64,000 nucleotides of DNA from Patescibacteria group bacterium (GCA_023484515.1 JAMDAY010000007.1:50179-114178), one strand, 5' to 3'; counted from the stretch's first letter, positions 37,979 to 49,297 are shown. Numbers and translations: made by a program. The notes: generated from the letters alone by a model not told the origin.

Positions 37979-38108
37979 GGGAAAACAGCCGCATTTTAAA
38001 TTGAATGCGCACACAAATGCCTGCAACGCCTAAATGACGGTATAATAATTTTCCACTTACAAGCAAAAATCCTCCCTTTTAAAAGGGAGGATTTTAAATC
38101 TTGGCGTT

Positions 38109-39365
38109 TTAAGACTTGGCTTCTTCGCCTGGAACAGGAGGTTTTTCTTCCGGCTGGTTTTCGGGCGATACTTCTTCACTTTTACCAGACGCGGAATTTT
38201 TTGCAGCAAGTTCAGCTTGTGTGTCTTCTGCTTTTTTCTTGGATGTTTCGTGCAAGGCTTTTAGGGAAAGGCCCAGGCGGTGTTCGGCGGGTTCAATGGA
38301 AATAATCTTGAATTCCTTTTCCTCGCCGGCCTTAAGGACTTCTTCGGCATTTTTAATGGCGTCATGGGACAATTCCATTATATGGGCCAGACCTTGAATA
38401 TCCTTGTCCAGCTCCACAAACACGCCAAACGGCATAATTTTAGTAACCTTGCCTGTTACTTTCTGGCCAATTTGGTATTTTTTGACAGCTTCCAGCCAGG
38501 GGTCAGGCTGTAATTGCTTAATGGACAGGCTGACGCGGCCTTTGTCTATGGAAATGACTTTTGCCTGAACTTTCTGGCCTACCCTGATAATATCCTTGGG
38601 ATTTTCTATGCGCTGCCAGGCCAGTTCGCTAATGTGCACCAAGCCTTCCAAGTCGCCAAATTTCACGAAAGCCCCAAAATCCACCACGCCGGTAACCGTG
38701 CCTTCCACCACTTGGCCGATTTTTAATTCCCCAAGTTTTTGCTCCACTTCTTTTTCGTATACGGCTTTTTCGCTGACAATTAATTTTTCCTCGTTGCTGT
38801 CTGCGGTAATAATCTGCACGTCAAACAGCTGCCCCACGTAAGATTGCAGAACTTGTAAAATTTTGTTCTTGTCCCCGTCTTCCACGCGCGGATAATGTTC
38901 CAAAGACAACTGGGAAACCGGCAGGAATCCCAAAACATTGTTTATTTCCACCATAAGGCCGCCTTTGTTGGCTTCCAAAATCTTAGTGCGAACAACTTCC
39001 TTGCTTTCCAGCTTGGACCTTAAGGTCTGCCACACGCGCTCCTGGCCGGCCTGGCGCAAGGACAGTTCCGCAATGCCTTCCTTATTTTCCGGCTCCACTA
39101 CGGAGACGAAAATTTTGTCGCCGGGCTTTAAGGAATTCAAGGTGGCCTCGTCGTCGTAAAGCTCGCGGCCGCGAACCACGCCCACGCCGTAGCCTTCCAA
39201 ATCCACGTAAACTTCGTTCTTGCCGACTGAAATTAAAGTGCCTTCCACCATGTCGCCGGTTTTAAGCACCTTTATTTCCGCGCCGGCCGACAGCAAATCC
39301 GCCATGGTTTGTGCGGACTGCGCGGCAGGGGAAATAGTAGAGATTGTTTGGGTATTTTCTTCCAT
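38109..39365 (-). CDS. rpsA: 30S ribosomal protein S1 (four S1 domains)
   Basis: NKGGL, FGAFV...[15 protein letters not shown]. Confidence 0.92.
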   Translation of the reverse strand: MEENTQTISTISPAAQSAQTMADLLSAGAEIKVLKTGDMVEGTLISVGKNEVYVDLEGYGVGVVRGRELYDDEATLNSLKPGDKIFVSVVEPENKEGIAELSLRQAGQERVWQTLRSKLESKEVVRTKILEANKGGLMVEINNVLGFLPVSQLSLEHYPRVEDGDKNKILQVLQSYVGQLFDVQIITADSNEEKLIVSEKAVYEKEVEQKLGELKIGQVVEGTVTGVVDFGAFVKFGDLEGLVHISELAWQRIENPKDIIRVGQKVQAKVISIDKGRVSLSIKQLQPDPWLEAVKKYQIGQKVTGKVTKIMPFGVFVELDKDIQGLAHIMELSHDAIKNAEEVLKAGEEKEFKIISIEPAEHRLGLSLKALHETSKKKAEDTQAELAAKNSASGKSEEVSPENQPEEKPPVPGEEAKS

Positions 39366-39812
39366 AAAAAAATAATGAACAAAAATGACAAAATTGAACA
39401 AAAATAAAACAACGGCTAATCGTTGTTAAAGATTATCAAAACCTTATCAATTTTGTTAATTGTTAACAGCGCTCCTTACATTGGCTTATTCGGGATTAAT
39501 AATATTGATTCTTTTGAGCGCCTTGCGCCAAATAAGCATTAAGATTATAGCATTTTTACAAAAAAAAGCAAGGGCTGCTATTATTTATTTTACACGGATT
39601 TTAAAAAAAATATTCAGAATTTAGCCCTAAAAACGCTTCCAATTTGGGTAAAAAGATGCTATCATTATTGGGTAGATTTATATATTTATTCCGATCTGCA
39701 GATTGCCAAATCTTACGGATACCTACAGATGTTAATATATCAAAGCGCGATAAATAGCCATATCTGTAGGCATCCGTAGATCCGCATTAATCCGTAGATC
39801 TGCATTATATTC

Positions 39813-40439
39813 ATGCAAATACAATACTTTGGCCTGTCATCGTTTAAAATTTCCACCAAAGAAGCGGCAATTATTACCGACCCGTTCCATAAAGATTCGG
39901 GACTGACTCCGCCCAGGGGAGCGGCGGACATTTTAATTTTGGCGGAAAAAAATAAGGCGTTATACTCCGCCGCCTCCGGCATCCAAGGCGAACATTTTGA
40001 CATTATTGACCCGGGCGAATACGACGTCAAAGGAGTAACCGTTACCGGCATCCCCTTAAAGCAGGAAGACAAATATGTCACTATCTTTTTAATAGAGAGC
40101 GAAGACATCCGCATCTTGAACCTGACGCACATTAAGGACTTTAACTTAAAAGAGGAAGAGCTGGAAGAGCTGGGCGACATAGATATTTTAATTTTGCCGG
40201 TCGGGGGCAATACGGTCTTGTCCGCTTCGGCCGCCAGCAAGGCCGTCAACTCCGTGGAGCCGAAAATTGTCATCCCCTCCCACTATAAGATGCCGGGGCT
40301 AATTTCAGACCTGGACCCGCTGGACAAATTTATTAAGGAAATGGGCGGCAAAAAGGAAGAAATGGAAAAACTTACGGTGAAGAAAAAAGATTTGGCGGAA
40401 GAAGGAATAAAAATAGCGGTGTTGGAACCGTTAAGGTAA
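39813..40439 (+). CDS. MBL-fold protein lacking HxHxDH
   Basis: IQYFGLSSFKI...TDPF, PGEYDV, DILILPVGG, PKIVIPSHY. Confidence 0.8.
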   Translation: MQIQYFGLSSFKISTKEAAIITDPFHKDSGLTPPRGAADILILAEKNKALYSAASGIQGEHFDIIDPGEYDVKGVTVTGIPLKQEDKYVTIFLIESEDIRILNLTHIKDFNLKEEELEELGDIDILILPVGGNTVLSASAASKAVNSVEPKIVIPSHYKMPGLISDLDPLDKFIKEMGGKKEEMEKLTVKKKDLAEEGIKIAVLEPLR

Positions 40440-40525
40440 TTGAAAAATTAAAAATTGAAATATTTAAAGATTCTTTAAAGCCGCCAATTATTCATTTTTC
40501 AATCATTCAATTTTTCAATTATCCC

Positions 40526-40729
40526 ATGTCTTTAATAGACAAAATCAGGCAAAAGCCCCAGGAAGAAAAGCTAAGGATAATTTGGACGGCAGCCATTGCC
40601 GCTGCCGTTGCCTTAATAGCGCTCTGGGCCTTAACCGCCAAATATTTGGTCAACAAGCCCAAAGACACCACCTTGTTCCAAAAAATCGGCGAAGGCATTA
40701 AAGGCGTGCAGGAGAATTTTAAAAAATAA
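40526..40729 (+). CDS. Small single-TM protein
   Basis: 67 aa, co-oriented with gyrA. Confidence 0.7.
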   Translation: MSLIDKIRQKPQEEKLRIIWTAAIAAAVALIALWALTAKYLVNKPKDTTLFQKIGEGIKGVQENFKK

Positions 40730-40734
40730 TACCC

Positions 40735-41364
40735 ATGGGCCGTTTTCCAAAATATCTGCCAAAGGGGGAAGGCGAAGGCAATTATTACAGGCCAAATAGC
40801 AAACAAGAAAAACACCTTCCGGAAAAAAGAATAGAAGTGCTGGAAATCAGCAAAGAAGGGACGGAATATCTGCAAACTTTAAGAGAAGAGACCGAGGCAA
40901 TCCGTAAATGGCTGTTTGAAGAAGCCAGGCCCCTTGTCCAGCCCATAATTGACGCCCAAAAAAAATCCAATAGAAGAGAATACCAACTTGCTAAAAACGA
41001 TTTGTGGCAAAGTTTTAAGAATAAATTTGCCACACAACCAAATCTGGCGCTAAAGTCCTTGATCCACCAACTTCAGGGCAGGGAACTGAAAACCATCCAT
41101 TTACAACTGGCAAAAAATTATAACCCCGGATCGCCTGACCTGCCGCCTAAAAACCAGGTTACCGGACCAAGCGATGTGTTCCCAATTACCCACTTGAGGG
41201 ACGACTTGCAAAAAACGCTGCAGCAATTCTGGCTTTCTGAAAAAATGGAATCTTATGACAATAAGGAAGAAAATATCTTTCGTCTCCCGTTTTGGATAGA
41301 AAAAACCAATAGGGCCGCCATAGCAATCTTGAAAACCATTAATCAAGTTAATATTATTCCTTAA
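40735..41364 (+). CDS. Hypothetical protein
   Basis: 209-aa ORF filling the gap before gyrA. Confidence 0.65.
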   Translation: MGRFPKYLPKGEGEGNYYRPNSKQEKHLPEKRIEVLEISKEGTEYLQTLREETEAIRKWLFEEARPLVQPIIDAQKKSNRREYQLAKNDLWQSFKNKFATQPNLALKSLIHQLQGRELKTIHLQLAKNYNPGSPDLPPKNQVTGPSDVFPITHLRDDLQKTLQQFWLSEKMESYDNKEENIFRLPFWIEKTNRAAIAILKTINQVNIIP

Positions 41365-41373
41365 TCCTAACTT

Positions 41374-43839
41374 ATGCCTAAAGATTCAAAACAACCTGTT
41401 CCCGCAGATGTCGGCCTGGTCAAGCCCAGGGACATCCAGCAGGAAATGCAGGAGTCTTACCTTGACTACGCCATGAGCGTCATTGTCAGCCGCGCCTTGC
41501 CCGACGTGCGCGACGGCCTTAAGCCCGTGCACCGCCGCATTTTGTATGCCATGCACGAACTGGGCCTGCGCCATAACGTCAAGTTCCGCAAGTCCGCCAC
41601 CGTGGTCGGGGACGTGCTTGGCAAATATCACCCCCACGGCGATATGGCGGTTTACGATTCCATGGTCCACATGGCGCAGGACTTTTCCATGCGCTACCAG
41701 CTTATAGACGGCCAGGGGAACTTTGGCTCCATGGACGGGGACGGCGCCGCTGCCATGCGTTACACCGAAGCCCGCATGTCGGCCGCGGCCGAAGAACTTT
41801 TGCTGGATTTGGATAAAGATACGGTAGACTGGCGCGACAACTACGATGCCACGCGCAAAGAACCCGCCGTCTTGCCCGGCAAGCTTCCCAACCTGCTGCT
41901 TAACGGCACTTTGGGTATTGCCGTAGGCATGGCCACCGACATTCCGCCGCACAATTTAAATGAAGTCTGCGACGCCGTAATTAAATTGATTGACGACCCC
42001 GAGGCCACCACCGAGGACCTGATGGAATTTATAAAAGGTCCCGACTTTCCCACCGGCGGCATAATTTACGACATTGCGGCCATTAAAAACGCCTACGCCA
42101 CCGGCAAAGGCAGCATTGTCATGCGCGCCAAAACCGAAATTGCGGAAACCAAAACCGGCGCTTTCCAAATTTTAGTGCATGAAATCCCTTATAGGGTAAA
42201 CAAGGCCACGCTGCTGGAAAAAATTGCGGAACTGGTGCGGGACAAAAAAGTGGAAGGCATCCGCGACGTGCGGGACGAGTCGGACAAGGACGGTGTAAGG
42301 ATAGTAATAGACCTGAAAAAAGAAGCGCTGCCGAATAAAATTCTAAACCAGCTTTTCTCTTACACCCAACTGCAGGAAAGTTTCCACCTGAACATGCTGG
42401 CCTTGGTGGACGGCATAGAACCGCACATCTTAAATTTAAAGACAGTCCTGGAAAAATACATAGAGCACCGGCAAAAAGTGGTGCGCCGGCGCACTGAATA
42501 CGAATTAAGGAAAGCCAAGGAACGCGCCCACATACTGGAAGGCTTAAAGAAGGCGCTGGACCACATTGACGAGGTTATCAGCACCATCAGAAAAAGCCCG
42601 ACCAAGGAAGAAGCCAAGGTTAATCTGATGAAAAAATTCAAGCTGACGGACATTCAAACCGACGCTATTTTGGAAATGCGCCTGCAAACCCTAGCCGGCC
42701 TGGAACGCAAAAAGATAGAGGACGAGCTGAAGGAAAAGAAAGCGCTTATTGCCGAACTGGAAGACATTTTAAAATCCAACAAGAAAATTTTAGGGATTAT
42801 ACGCAAGGAAGTGCTGGAAATGAAAGGCAAATTCGGCGACGAGCGCCGGACCGCAGTGGTAAAAAACGCGGTTGGCACCTTTAGCGCGGAAGACCTGATC
42901 CCGGAAGAAAACGTCATAGTCACCATTACCAAGTCCGGCTACGTTAAAAGGATTCCGCCCGACACTTACCGCAGCCAGAGCCGCGGGGGCAAAGGAGTAA
43001 TCGGCCAGACTCTGAAAGAGGAAGACGTGGTAGAAAAACTCTTCACCGCCAACACCCACGATGACATTTTGTTCTTTACCAATAAAGGGCGGGCGTTCCA
43101 GACCAAAGTTTACGAATTGCCCGAAGGCTCGCGCGTCAGCCGCGGCCAGGCCCTGGTGAACTTTTTACAGCTCGGAGCCGGGGAATTTTCCACCGGTGTC
43201 CTGACGTTAAGTAAAAAAGACCCGGCCAAATTCCTGGTAATGGCCACGCGCAACGGCCTGATCAAGAAAGTGCCGCGCGAAGAATTCGCCAAAGTCAGGC
43301 GCAGCGGCATGATAGCCGTTTCGCTCAAAGGGAACGACGAGCTCCGCTGGGTGGAATCCAGCGACGGCGATGACCAGATTATGCTTTCCACGGAAAACGG
43401 GCAGGCCATCCGTTTCAGCGAAAAAGACGTGCGGCCCATGGGCCGGTCGGCGGCGGGCGTTACCGGCATGAGGCTGAAAAAGGGAGACTTAATTATTAGC
43501 ATGGATGTCATTAAAAAATCCGCGGACGCTAAAAACCTGGCCGTTCTGGTAATTACGGAAAACGGTCTGGGCAAAAAAACCGAGCTGTCGTTTTACAAAA
43601 TCCAAAAACGCGCCGGGTCGGGGATTAAAACCCTGAAAGTGACTCCCAAAACCGGCAAGATTGTCTCCATGTATATTTTAAACGCTGAAGAAGAGCACGA
43701 CCTGGTTTTAATTTCCCGCGCCGGACAGGCTATAAGGACGCCCCTGGGCTCGGTTTCCATGCTTGGCCGCGCCACCCAAGGCGTCAGGGTCATGCGCCTG
43801 GAAGAAGGGGATAAAGTCGCCAGCGCCACGATAATTTAA
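41374..43839 (+). CDS. gyrA: DNA gyrase subunit A
   Basis: [26 protein letters not shown], GyrA box QSRGGKG. Confidence 0.97.
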   Translation: MPKDSKQPVPADVGLVKPRDIQQEMQESYLDYAMSVIVSRALPDVRDGLKPVHRRILYAMHELGLRHNVKFRKSATVVGDVLGKYHPHGDMAVYDSMVHMAQDFSMRYQLIDGQGNFGSMDGDGAAAMRYTEARMSAAAEELLLDLDKDTVDWRDNYDATRKEPAVLPGKLPNLLLNGTLGIAVGMATDIPPHNLNEVCDAVIKLIDDPEATTEDLMEFIKGPDFPTGGIIYDIAAIKNAYATGKGSIVMRAKTEIAETKTGAFQILVHEIPYRVNKATLLEKIAELVRDKKVEGIRDVRDESDKDGVRIVIDLKKEALPNKILNQLFSYTQLQESFHLNMLALVDGIEPHILNLKTVLEKYIEHRQKVVRRRTEYELRKAKERAHILEGLKKALDHIDEVISTIRKSPTKEEAKVNLMKKFKLTDIQTDAILEMRLQTLAGLERKKIEDELKEKKALIAELEDILKSNKKILGIIRKEVLEMKGKFGDERRTAVVKNAVGTFSAEDLIPEENVIVTITKSGYVKRIPPDTYRSQSRGGKGVIGQTLKEEDVVEKLFTANTHDDILFFTNKGRAFQTKVYELPEGSRVSRGQALVNFLQLGAGEFSTGVLTLSKKDPAKFLVMATRNGLIKKVPREEFAKVRRSGMIAVSLKGNDELRWVESSDGDDQIMLSTENGQAIRFSEKDVRPMGRSAAGVTGMRLKKGDLIISMDVIKKSADAKNLAVLVITENGLGKKTELSFYKIQKRAGSGIKTLKVTPKTGKIVSMYILNAEEEHDLVLISRAGQAIRTPLGSVSMLGRATQGVRVMRLEEGDKVASATII

Positions 43840-43881
43840 CGCAAAAGCGAAATCCTAACGGGTTTCGCTTTTTACAAAATT

Positions 43882-44871
43882 ATGGACAACCTAACTCGCA
43901 GGGAATTCCTCACTGCCATGGGAAGCTTGACCGCAAAACCCTTGGAAAGCAAACATTTGCCTGCCCAAGAAACAAAAGAAAGCGGATCGGACAAGGACGT
44001 CTTAAAAAAATTACAATTTGAAACGATTTATGGAGAACCGGAACTGAGTATCTTACATTTTACCCGGGCTGACGGAAAAAAATATTGGACATCGCCCAGC
44101 CAGGGGACGGCAACCATGTCTTCGCCGTTTGAATTCTTTAACCGAATCCATATTTGCCAAGGCAAAGAAAAAATTATTGAAGGACAAATTTGGCATACCC
44201 ATACCCTAGCCGCGCTAAATAAACTAAAACGGCTGCCTGACAATCTGTTAAAAAAATTTCAGCAGGATCCCAAGTCAATAAATTTTTCCATCCCCCCTGG
44301 TCTTTCAATCCGCAACCAGGTGTTCTTAGATGGCGATATTTTTGTTTTGTTGGCTGCGACTTCGGAATTCCATAAAAATGTAAAAATTTCTGCAGGGTTG
44401 GCTGAGCCTGGGGGGCAGTGGCAGATGGAAGCCAAACTCAATCCAGGAACTTTTTCAAAAAAATACGTCCAGCTACAAGATGAAGCGGATAAGTTATTCC
44501 ATCCTTTAATATTTAAAAACCAAAACTGGCTGATTGATTTATATGGGACTAATGAACGGGCGAACAAACTAGTCCGCACCCGTACATACTTAGAATTTTG
44601 TCGCTACCTATGGCTTAATCACTGGGACGAACCCGTTTCTCAAGAAGTGAGAAAAGAAGTACCCTTGTTAGTTACCCGAGAAGACGAATTAATAAAACAG
44701 TATGCGCCCGTATTTACCCGAGCAAGCAGGCATATTGAAGAATGCATGGATAACCCTAAAAATAATGCTAATATCCATAGTTTAAGATCTGCTCTAGTTC
44801 AAGACTTTCGCGAATTGGGAATAGCAACTACGTTTACCCCCTATGAATGGGGAAGCTTGCCAACAACCTGA
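43882..44871 (+). CDS. Hypothetical protein with twin-arginine-like N-terminus
   Basis: LTRREFL; WHTH motif. Confidence 0.65.
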   Translation: MDNLTRREFLTAMGSLTAKPLESKHLPAQETKESGSDKDVLKKLQFETIYGEPELSILHFTRADGKKYWTSPSQGTATMSSPFEFFNRIHICQGKEKIIEGQIWHTHTLAALNKLKRLPDNLLKKFQQDPKSINFSIPPGLSIRNQVFLDGDIFVLLAATSEFHKNVKISAGLAEPGGQWQMEAKLNPGTFSKKYVQLQDEADKLFHPLIFKNQNWLIDLYGTNERANKLVRTRTYLEFCRYLWLNHWDEPVSQEVRKEVPLLVTREDELIKQYAPVFTRASRHIEECMDNPKNNANIHSLRSALVQDFRELGIATTFTPYEWGSLPTT

Positions 44872-44987
44872 TACTTATAAAACCTAATAACCCGTACCTA
44901 GACCGGTACGGGTTATTATTAATACAATAACGGCTCAACGCGTTGAGCCGTTATTAGCCGTTATTTAAGATATCCTAAACTATGTTC

Positions 44988-45063
44988 TGGTGGGCGCGGA
45001 AGGACTCGAACCTTCGACCAATCGTGTATAAGACGATCGCTCTACCAACTGAGCTACGCGCCC
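44988..45063 (-). tRNA. tRNA-Ile(TAT)
   Basis: GGGCGCG acceptor stem, ATCGT-CTTATAC-ACGAT, GGTTCGAGTCC, A73-CCA. Confidence 0.9.
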
Positions 45064-45141
45064 GTGAAGGTTATTATACCAGATTTTAATTTCTTTTCAA
45101 TATCGCAATAATGGTTTACAATATAAATACCAAAATCCCTT

Positions 45142-46842
45142 ATGGCAACAAAAATACAAACCATTGCCGGTTACTGGAAAAGAGATAAGATATTTTACTT
45201 ATCCTTATTGGCCATTGCCGCCGCAGTAACGGCGTGGTTGTTTTTAAAACACGGTTCCGCGCCGCAAGCAGCGGTAGCCGAACCGCTGACCCAGGAAGAA
45301 CTGGTTAAGCTGGTCAAGCCTTCGGTAGTCCGCATAATCCAGCACGCCACCGGACAGGCCGCCATACCGCAGTTGGACTTTGACGCAAAAAACCTGGCCG
45401 TTAACATATTGCCCGGCAAACCTTTAAATATTATTAACGTAGACGAATATGTCGCCGGCAGCGGATTCATAGTTAATCCCGACGGATACATTTTAACCAA
45501 TTCCCACGTAATTTCCCAAGAAACCATAAAGGAACTGTATCTGGAAGACGCCCTGCGTTCAGCCATAGAAGCCAAGACAAACAGCTTAAGCACCGAAGAA
45601 ATAAGAAACCTGTTTCCCAGCCAGGAAGCCCTGGCCAATTTTGCGGCGCAAAGCCTGGATCTTGTGCAAAAAAACAGCTCTTTCACTTTAAAAAGCGTTA
45701 TCACGGTCCTAAACCCTTCCGCTTCGGTTGATGATCTAATCACATTGAGCAAAACCGGTTTTATTGCCAATATAATAAGCATAAACGAAAATTTTTTTAA
45801 GGACGAAAAGGACGTCGGTCTGATAAAAATTGCCGGCCGCAACCTCCCGGCAGTCCAATTAGGCGACGCCGGCCGGGTAAATGTTGGCAATAAAATTTAT
45901 GTTTTTGGATTTCCCGCCACGGCCGAACTTAACGGACGCAGTCCCCTGGAGTCCACTTTTACCCAGGGTATTGTTAGCGCCATTAAAAATTCCCAAAATC
46001 GCGAGTTCAAGGTTTTCCAGACTGATGCCAAAATTTCCCAAGGGTCTTCCGGCGGCCCGCTATTTAACAACAAAGGCGAGGTGGTTGGCATTGTCACTTT
46101 CCAAACCAGCGCCAGCCTCCAGGGAATTGGCGACAACTTTGCTTTTGCCGTGCCTGTAAATTTGGCACAAGAAGTCCTGCAGAAAGCAAGGGTCAGCAAT
46201 GATACAAACGGATACTGGCAGCATTTTCAAACCGGACTGCAATATTTCAACAAAGGACAATGCCGGCAAGCCAAAACGGAGCTAACCCTGGCCGCCCTGG
46301 CTAATCGCGACTTTGCGGCAGGCCAATATATTAACCCTTATCTGGAACAATGCGACCAAATAATCTTTAACGGCAGTTCCATTGGCAGCAATTACCGGTT
46401 CGCCCTGTCATGGTTGCAAACCATAAGCGGATTTGCCTGGTTTGTCATAATCGGCAGGATTATTTTAATATTTGCCGGTATTTTGGTGCTGGCAAAAGGA
46501 ATAAAAAGACTGCGGAAAGACGAAAGGGAAATTGTCGAAATGGAAGCGGAGCTGCGCGAAGAGGAAAGGGAAAAATCCAAATTGTTAGGCCAATTGGAAA
46601 AAAAGGGCATCCCCCTGCCTTTGCCGGACCAGGAACTGCACGCCGACCACCGTCTGGCTTTAAACATTCCGCATCCGCACGTCGCGCAATTCGTCCAAGA
46701 AGCAAAAACCATAGGAATGAAAGACAGGCATATTTCCGAAGAACTGGCCAAAGCCGGCTGGAAAGAACAGGACATTACTAACGCCTTAAAACAAGACACG
46801 GGCGCAGCCAGCCAGGCGGAAGACCCGGCTTATGTGCTATAA
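45142..46842 (+). CDS. Membrane-anchored trypsin-like (S1C) serine protease
   Basis: GSGFIV...LTNSHV, DVGLIKI, ISQGSSGGP; two TM segments. Confidence 0.9.
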   Translation: MATKIQTIAGYWKRDKIFYLSLLAIAAAVTAWLFLKHGSAPQAAVAEPLTQEELVKLVKPSVVRIIQHATGQAAIPQLDFDAKNLAVNILPGKPLNIINVDEYVAGSGFIVNPDGYILTNSHVISQETIKELYLEDALRSAIEAKTNSLSTEEIRNLFPSQEALANFAAQSLDLVQKNSSFTLKSVITVLNPSASVDDLITLSKTGFIANIISINENFFKDEKDVGLIKIAGRNLPAVQLGDAGRVNVGNKIYVFGFPATAELNGRSPLESTFTQGIVSAIKNSQNREFKVFQTDAKISQGSSGGPLFNNKGEVVGIVTFQTSASLQGIGDNFAFAVPVNLAQEVLQKARVSNDTNGYWQHFQTGLQYFNKGQCRQAKTELTLAALANRDFAAGQYINPYLEQCDQIIFNGSSIGSNYRFALSWLQTISGFAWFVIIGRIILIFAGILVLAKGIKRLRKDEREIVEMEAELREEEREKSKLLGQLEKKGIPLPLPDQELHADHRLALNIPHPHVAQFVQEAKTIGMKDRHISEELAKAGWKEQDITNALKQDTGAASQAEDPAYVL

Positions 46843-46901
46843 TGCCATCAAACAAGCAAGAAGGGTATAAACATACCCTTTTTATTATTAAACGAAATCA
46901 A

Positions 46902-47576
46902 ATGAAGAAAAAACGCTTATGGTTTGTGTTATTGTTTGCGGTTTTAGGGCTGGCGGCCTTGCAAGTTCCGCTCTTTGCCGTAGTGGGATCAAGCACCAAG
47001 TTTACGCTGTTTGACCTGTTCGGGCCAATCGCTTCAGGGTTTTTAGGCACTATTCCAGGAATACTGGCCGTTTTTTTAATGCAAATTTTTAACTTTTTTG
47101 CCCACGGTTTTTCCTGGTCCAATACGGCCGCAGTCATTAGGATATTCCCCATGGTTTTCGGGGCCTTGTATTTCAGCCGCAAGTCTAAATTAAATATTAT
47201 TGTTCCGCTTTTGGCAATTTTAGCCTGGAACCTCACGCCGGCCGGCCGCGCCGCCTGGTTTTACTCTTTATTCTGGATTATTCCCATAGCTTGTTATTTT
47301 TTGCAAGAAAAATATTTGCTCGCCCGCAGCTTGGGCGCCACTTTTACCGCACATGCGGCAGGAGGGGCTTTGTGGATTTATTTCCTGCCTTTGCCAAAAG
47401 CCGTATGGCTGACGCTAATACCCACAACCTCAATGGAGCGCGCCATTTTCGCCCTGGGCATTGCCGGCATGTATTTGGCGTTTAATAACGCGATCAACTT
47501 TTTGGCGCAAAAGCATTTTCCAAAACTGGGTGTTCTCGTGAACCCAAGATACGCGTGGAAATGGAAAACGGCATAA
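46902..47576 (+). CDS. Membrane protein, possible ECF-type S component
   Basis: ~224 aa, 6-7 TM segments, directly upstream of folC. Confidence 0.55.
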   Translation: MKKKRLWFVLLFAVLGLAALQVPLFAVVGSSTKFTLFDLFGPIASGFLGTIPGILAVFLMQIFNFFAHGFSWSNTAAVIRIFPMVFGALYFSRKSKLNIIVPLLAILAWNLTPAGRAAWFYSLFWIIPIACYFLQEKYLLARSLGATFTAHAAGGALWIYFLPLPKAVWLTLIPTTSMERAIFALGIAGMYLAFNNAINFLAQKHFPKLGVLVNPRYAWKWKTA

Positions 47577-47641
47577 GTTGCAATATGATTAATGATGCCT
47601 TAAACTGTAGGGACAGGCCGCGGCCTGTCCCTACATTATAT

Positions 47642-48919
47642 ATGGATAAATTCCCATCTTATTACAAAGCCGTGAATTTTTTGGAAGGCTTGGCCAACAT
47701 GCAGGACAAGCATAATTTTACGGCGGCCGACAGCCGCGCTGTTTTTTTTCTCAAGCGGACCGAATTTCTGTTAAATTTGCTCGGCCACCCGGAAAGATCG
47801 TTTAAAAGTATTCATGTGGCGGGAACCTCGGGCAAGGGTTCGGTTTCTGCCTTAATCCACTCCGCCCTGGTCGTCTCCGGCAAGAAAGCGGGGCTGTTCA
47901 CTTCTCCGTTCGTTACTACTACCGTTGAAAAAATTCAAGCGGGCGCCAAATACATCTCCCCAAAAGAATTTACGGACCTGGTGGAAAAAATAAAGCCCGC
48001 GCTGGACGAAATGGCCGTAACTTCCCCTTACGGGCCGGCTTCTTATTTTGAAGCCCTATTCGCCATGGCAGCGCTGTATTTTAAGAAACAAAAATGCGAA
48101 TGGGCGGTGCTGGAAGTCGGCTGCGGCGGCCGGTTTGACGCGACCAATGCCATTCCGGCGCCAAAAATTTCCATAATTACCAACATCGGCCTGGACCACA
48201 CGAAAACCTTGGGCAAAACTTTAAAAAAAATCGCTTTTGAAAAAGCCGGCATTATAAAAAAAGGGTCAAATTTTTGGACTACGGAACAGCGGCCCAAGCT
48301 TCTGGTTTTTTTTAAAAATACCTGCAAGAACAAAGGCACAAAATTCCACCACATTGAACAAAACAAAAGAGATTATGCCGGACTTAACCGCGAGCTGGCC
48401 CGGCAGGCTTGCCGGCATATTGGCCTGAAAGAAAAAGATATTAAAAAAGGATTTAGCAATGCCTTTACCCCCTGCCGGTTTGAAACCATGCAAACCAAAC
48501 CCCTGATAATTTTGGACGGCGCCCACAACGAAGATAAAATTAAAAGCACGGTTTACAACCTGCAAAGGTTAAAATACAAAAAACTTTTCCTTATAATCGG
48601 CATGGCAGGGGACAAGGACCATTCTAAAATTTTAAAAATGCTGGTGCCGCTGGCTGACCGCATTTTCATCACCAGGTTTGAACTGGCCAAAAGAAAATGC
48701 GCGGACCCGGGAATGTTATACCACGAGACGCAGATGATTAAAAAAAAGGGCGCCAGGTTATTTTTGTACCTGGACCCCAACCATGCGCTAAAACAGGCTC
48801 TAAAACTGGCCGGCAAAAACGACGCCATTTTGGCTACCGGTTCCTTCTACCTGGTGGGCAAATTGCGAGAACACTGGTATCCGGAAGAATGGATTTTAAC
48901 CCGCCGCAAAAGCCGCTAG
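47642..48919 (+). CDS. folC: Folylpolyglutamate synthase/dihydrofolate synthase
   Basis: IHVAGTSGKGS, FTSP, EVGCGGRFDATN, LDGAHN, TGSFYLVG. Confidence 0.93.
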   Translation: MDKFPSYYKAVNFLEGLANMQDKHNFTAADSRAVFFLKRTEFLLNLLGHPERSFKSIHVAGTSGKGSVSALIHSALVVSGKKAGLFTSPFVTTTVEKIQAGAKYISPKEFTDLVEKIKPALDEMAVTSPYGPASYFEALFAMAALYFKKQKCEWAVLEVGCGGRFDATNAIPAPKISIITNIGLDHTKTLGKTLKKIAFEKAGIIKKGSNFWTTEQRPKLLVFFKNTCKNKGTKFHHIEQNKRDYAGLNRELARQACRHIGLKEKDIKKGFSNAFTPCRFETMQTKPLIILDGAHNEDKIKSTVYNLQRLKYKKLFLIIGMAGDKDHSKILKMLVPLADRIFITRFELAKRKCADPGMLYHETQMIKKKGARLFLYLDPNHALKQALKLAGKNDAILATGSFYLVGKLREHWYPEEWILTRRKSR

Positions 48920-49297
48920 ACAAAACCCGCAAAATTTGCTATAATACCTATAGAAAAGTGAGTTCTTCTCCGCCAGATGGCGGATGATAGAAACAAAAAT
49001 CAAAAACAATTTGATAAAAAACCAATCCGTCCGCCAAGGGCGGAGGAATATTATCGCCGACATTTTTTGCGGTGATTGGCCAAAAGGTTTGCTTTTGGCT
49101 TACAATAAATCTTCTTCTTACTTTTCTTAAAACCCCCGTTTTCGCGCCAGCAATATCCCCTGTAGGGATTTGGCCGAAAAACCGGGGGTTTTTACTATTT
49201 ATTCCTCCCAAATTGCCGCTAAATAAAACCAAGGTGGCAATTTGGATCGGAATAAAATTTGGTGTAAAATAAAAAGGCCATAAATAATTTTAATGTT

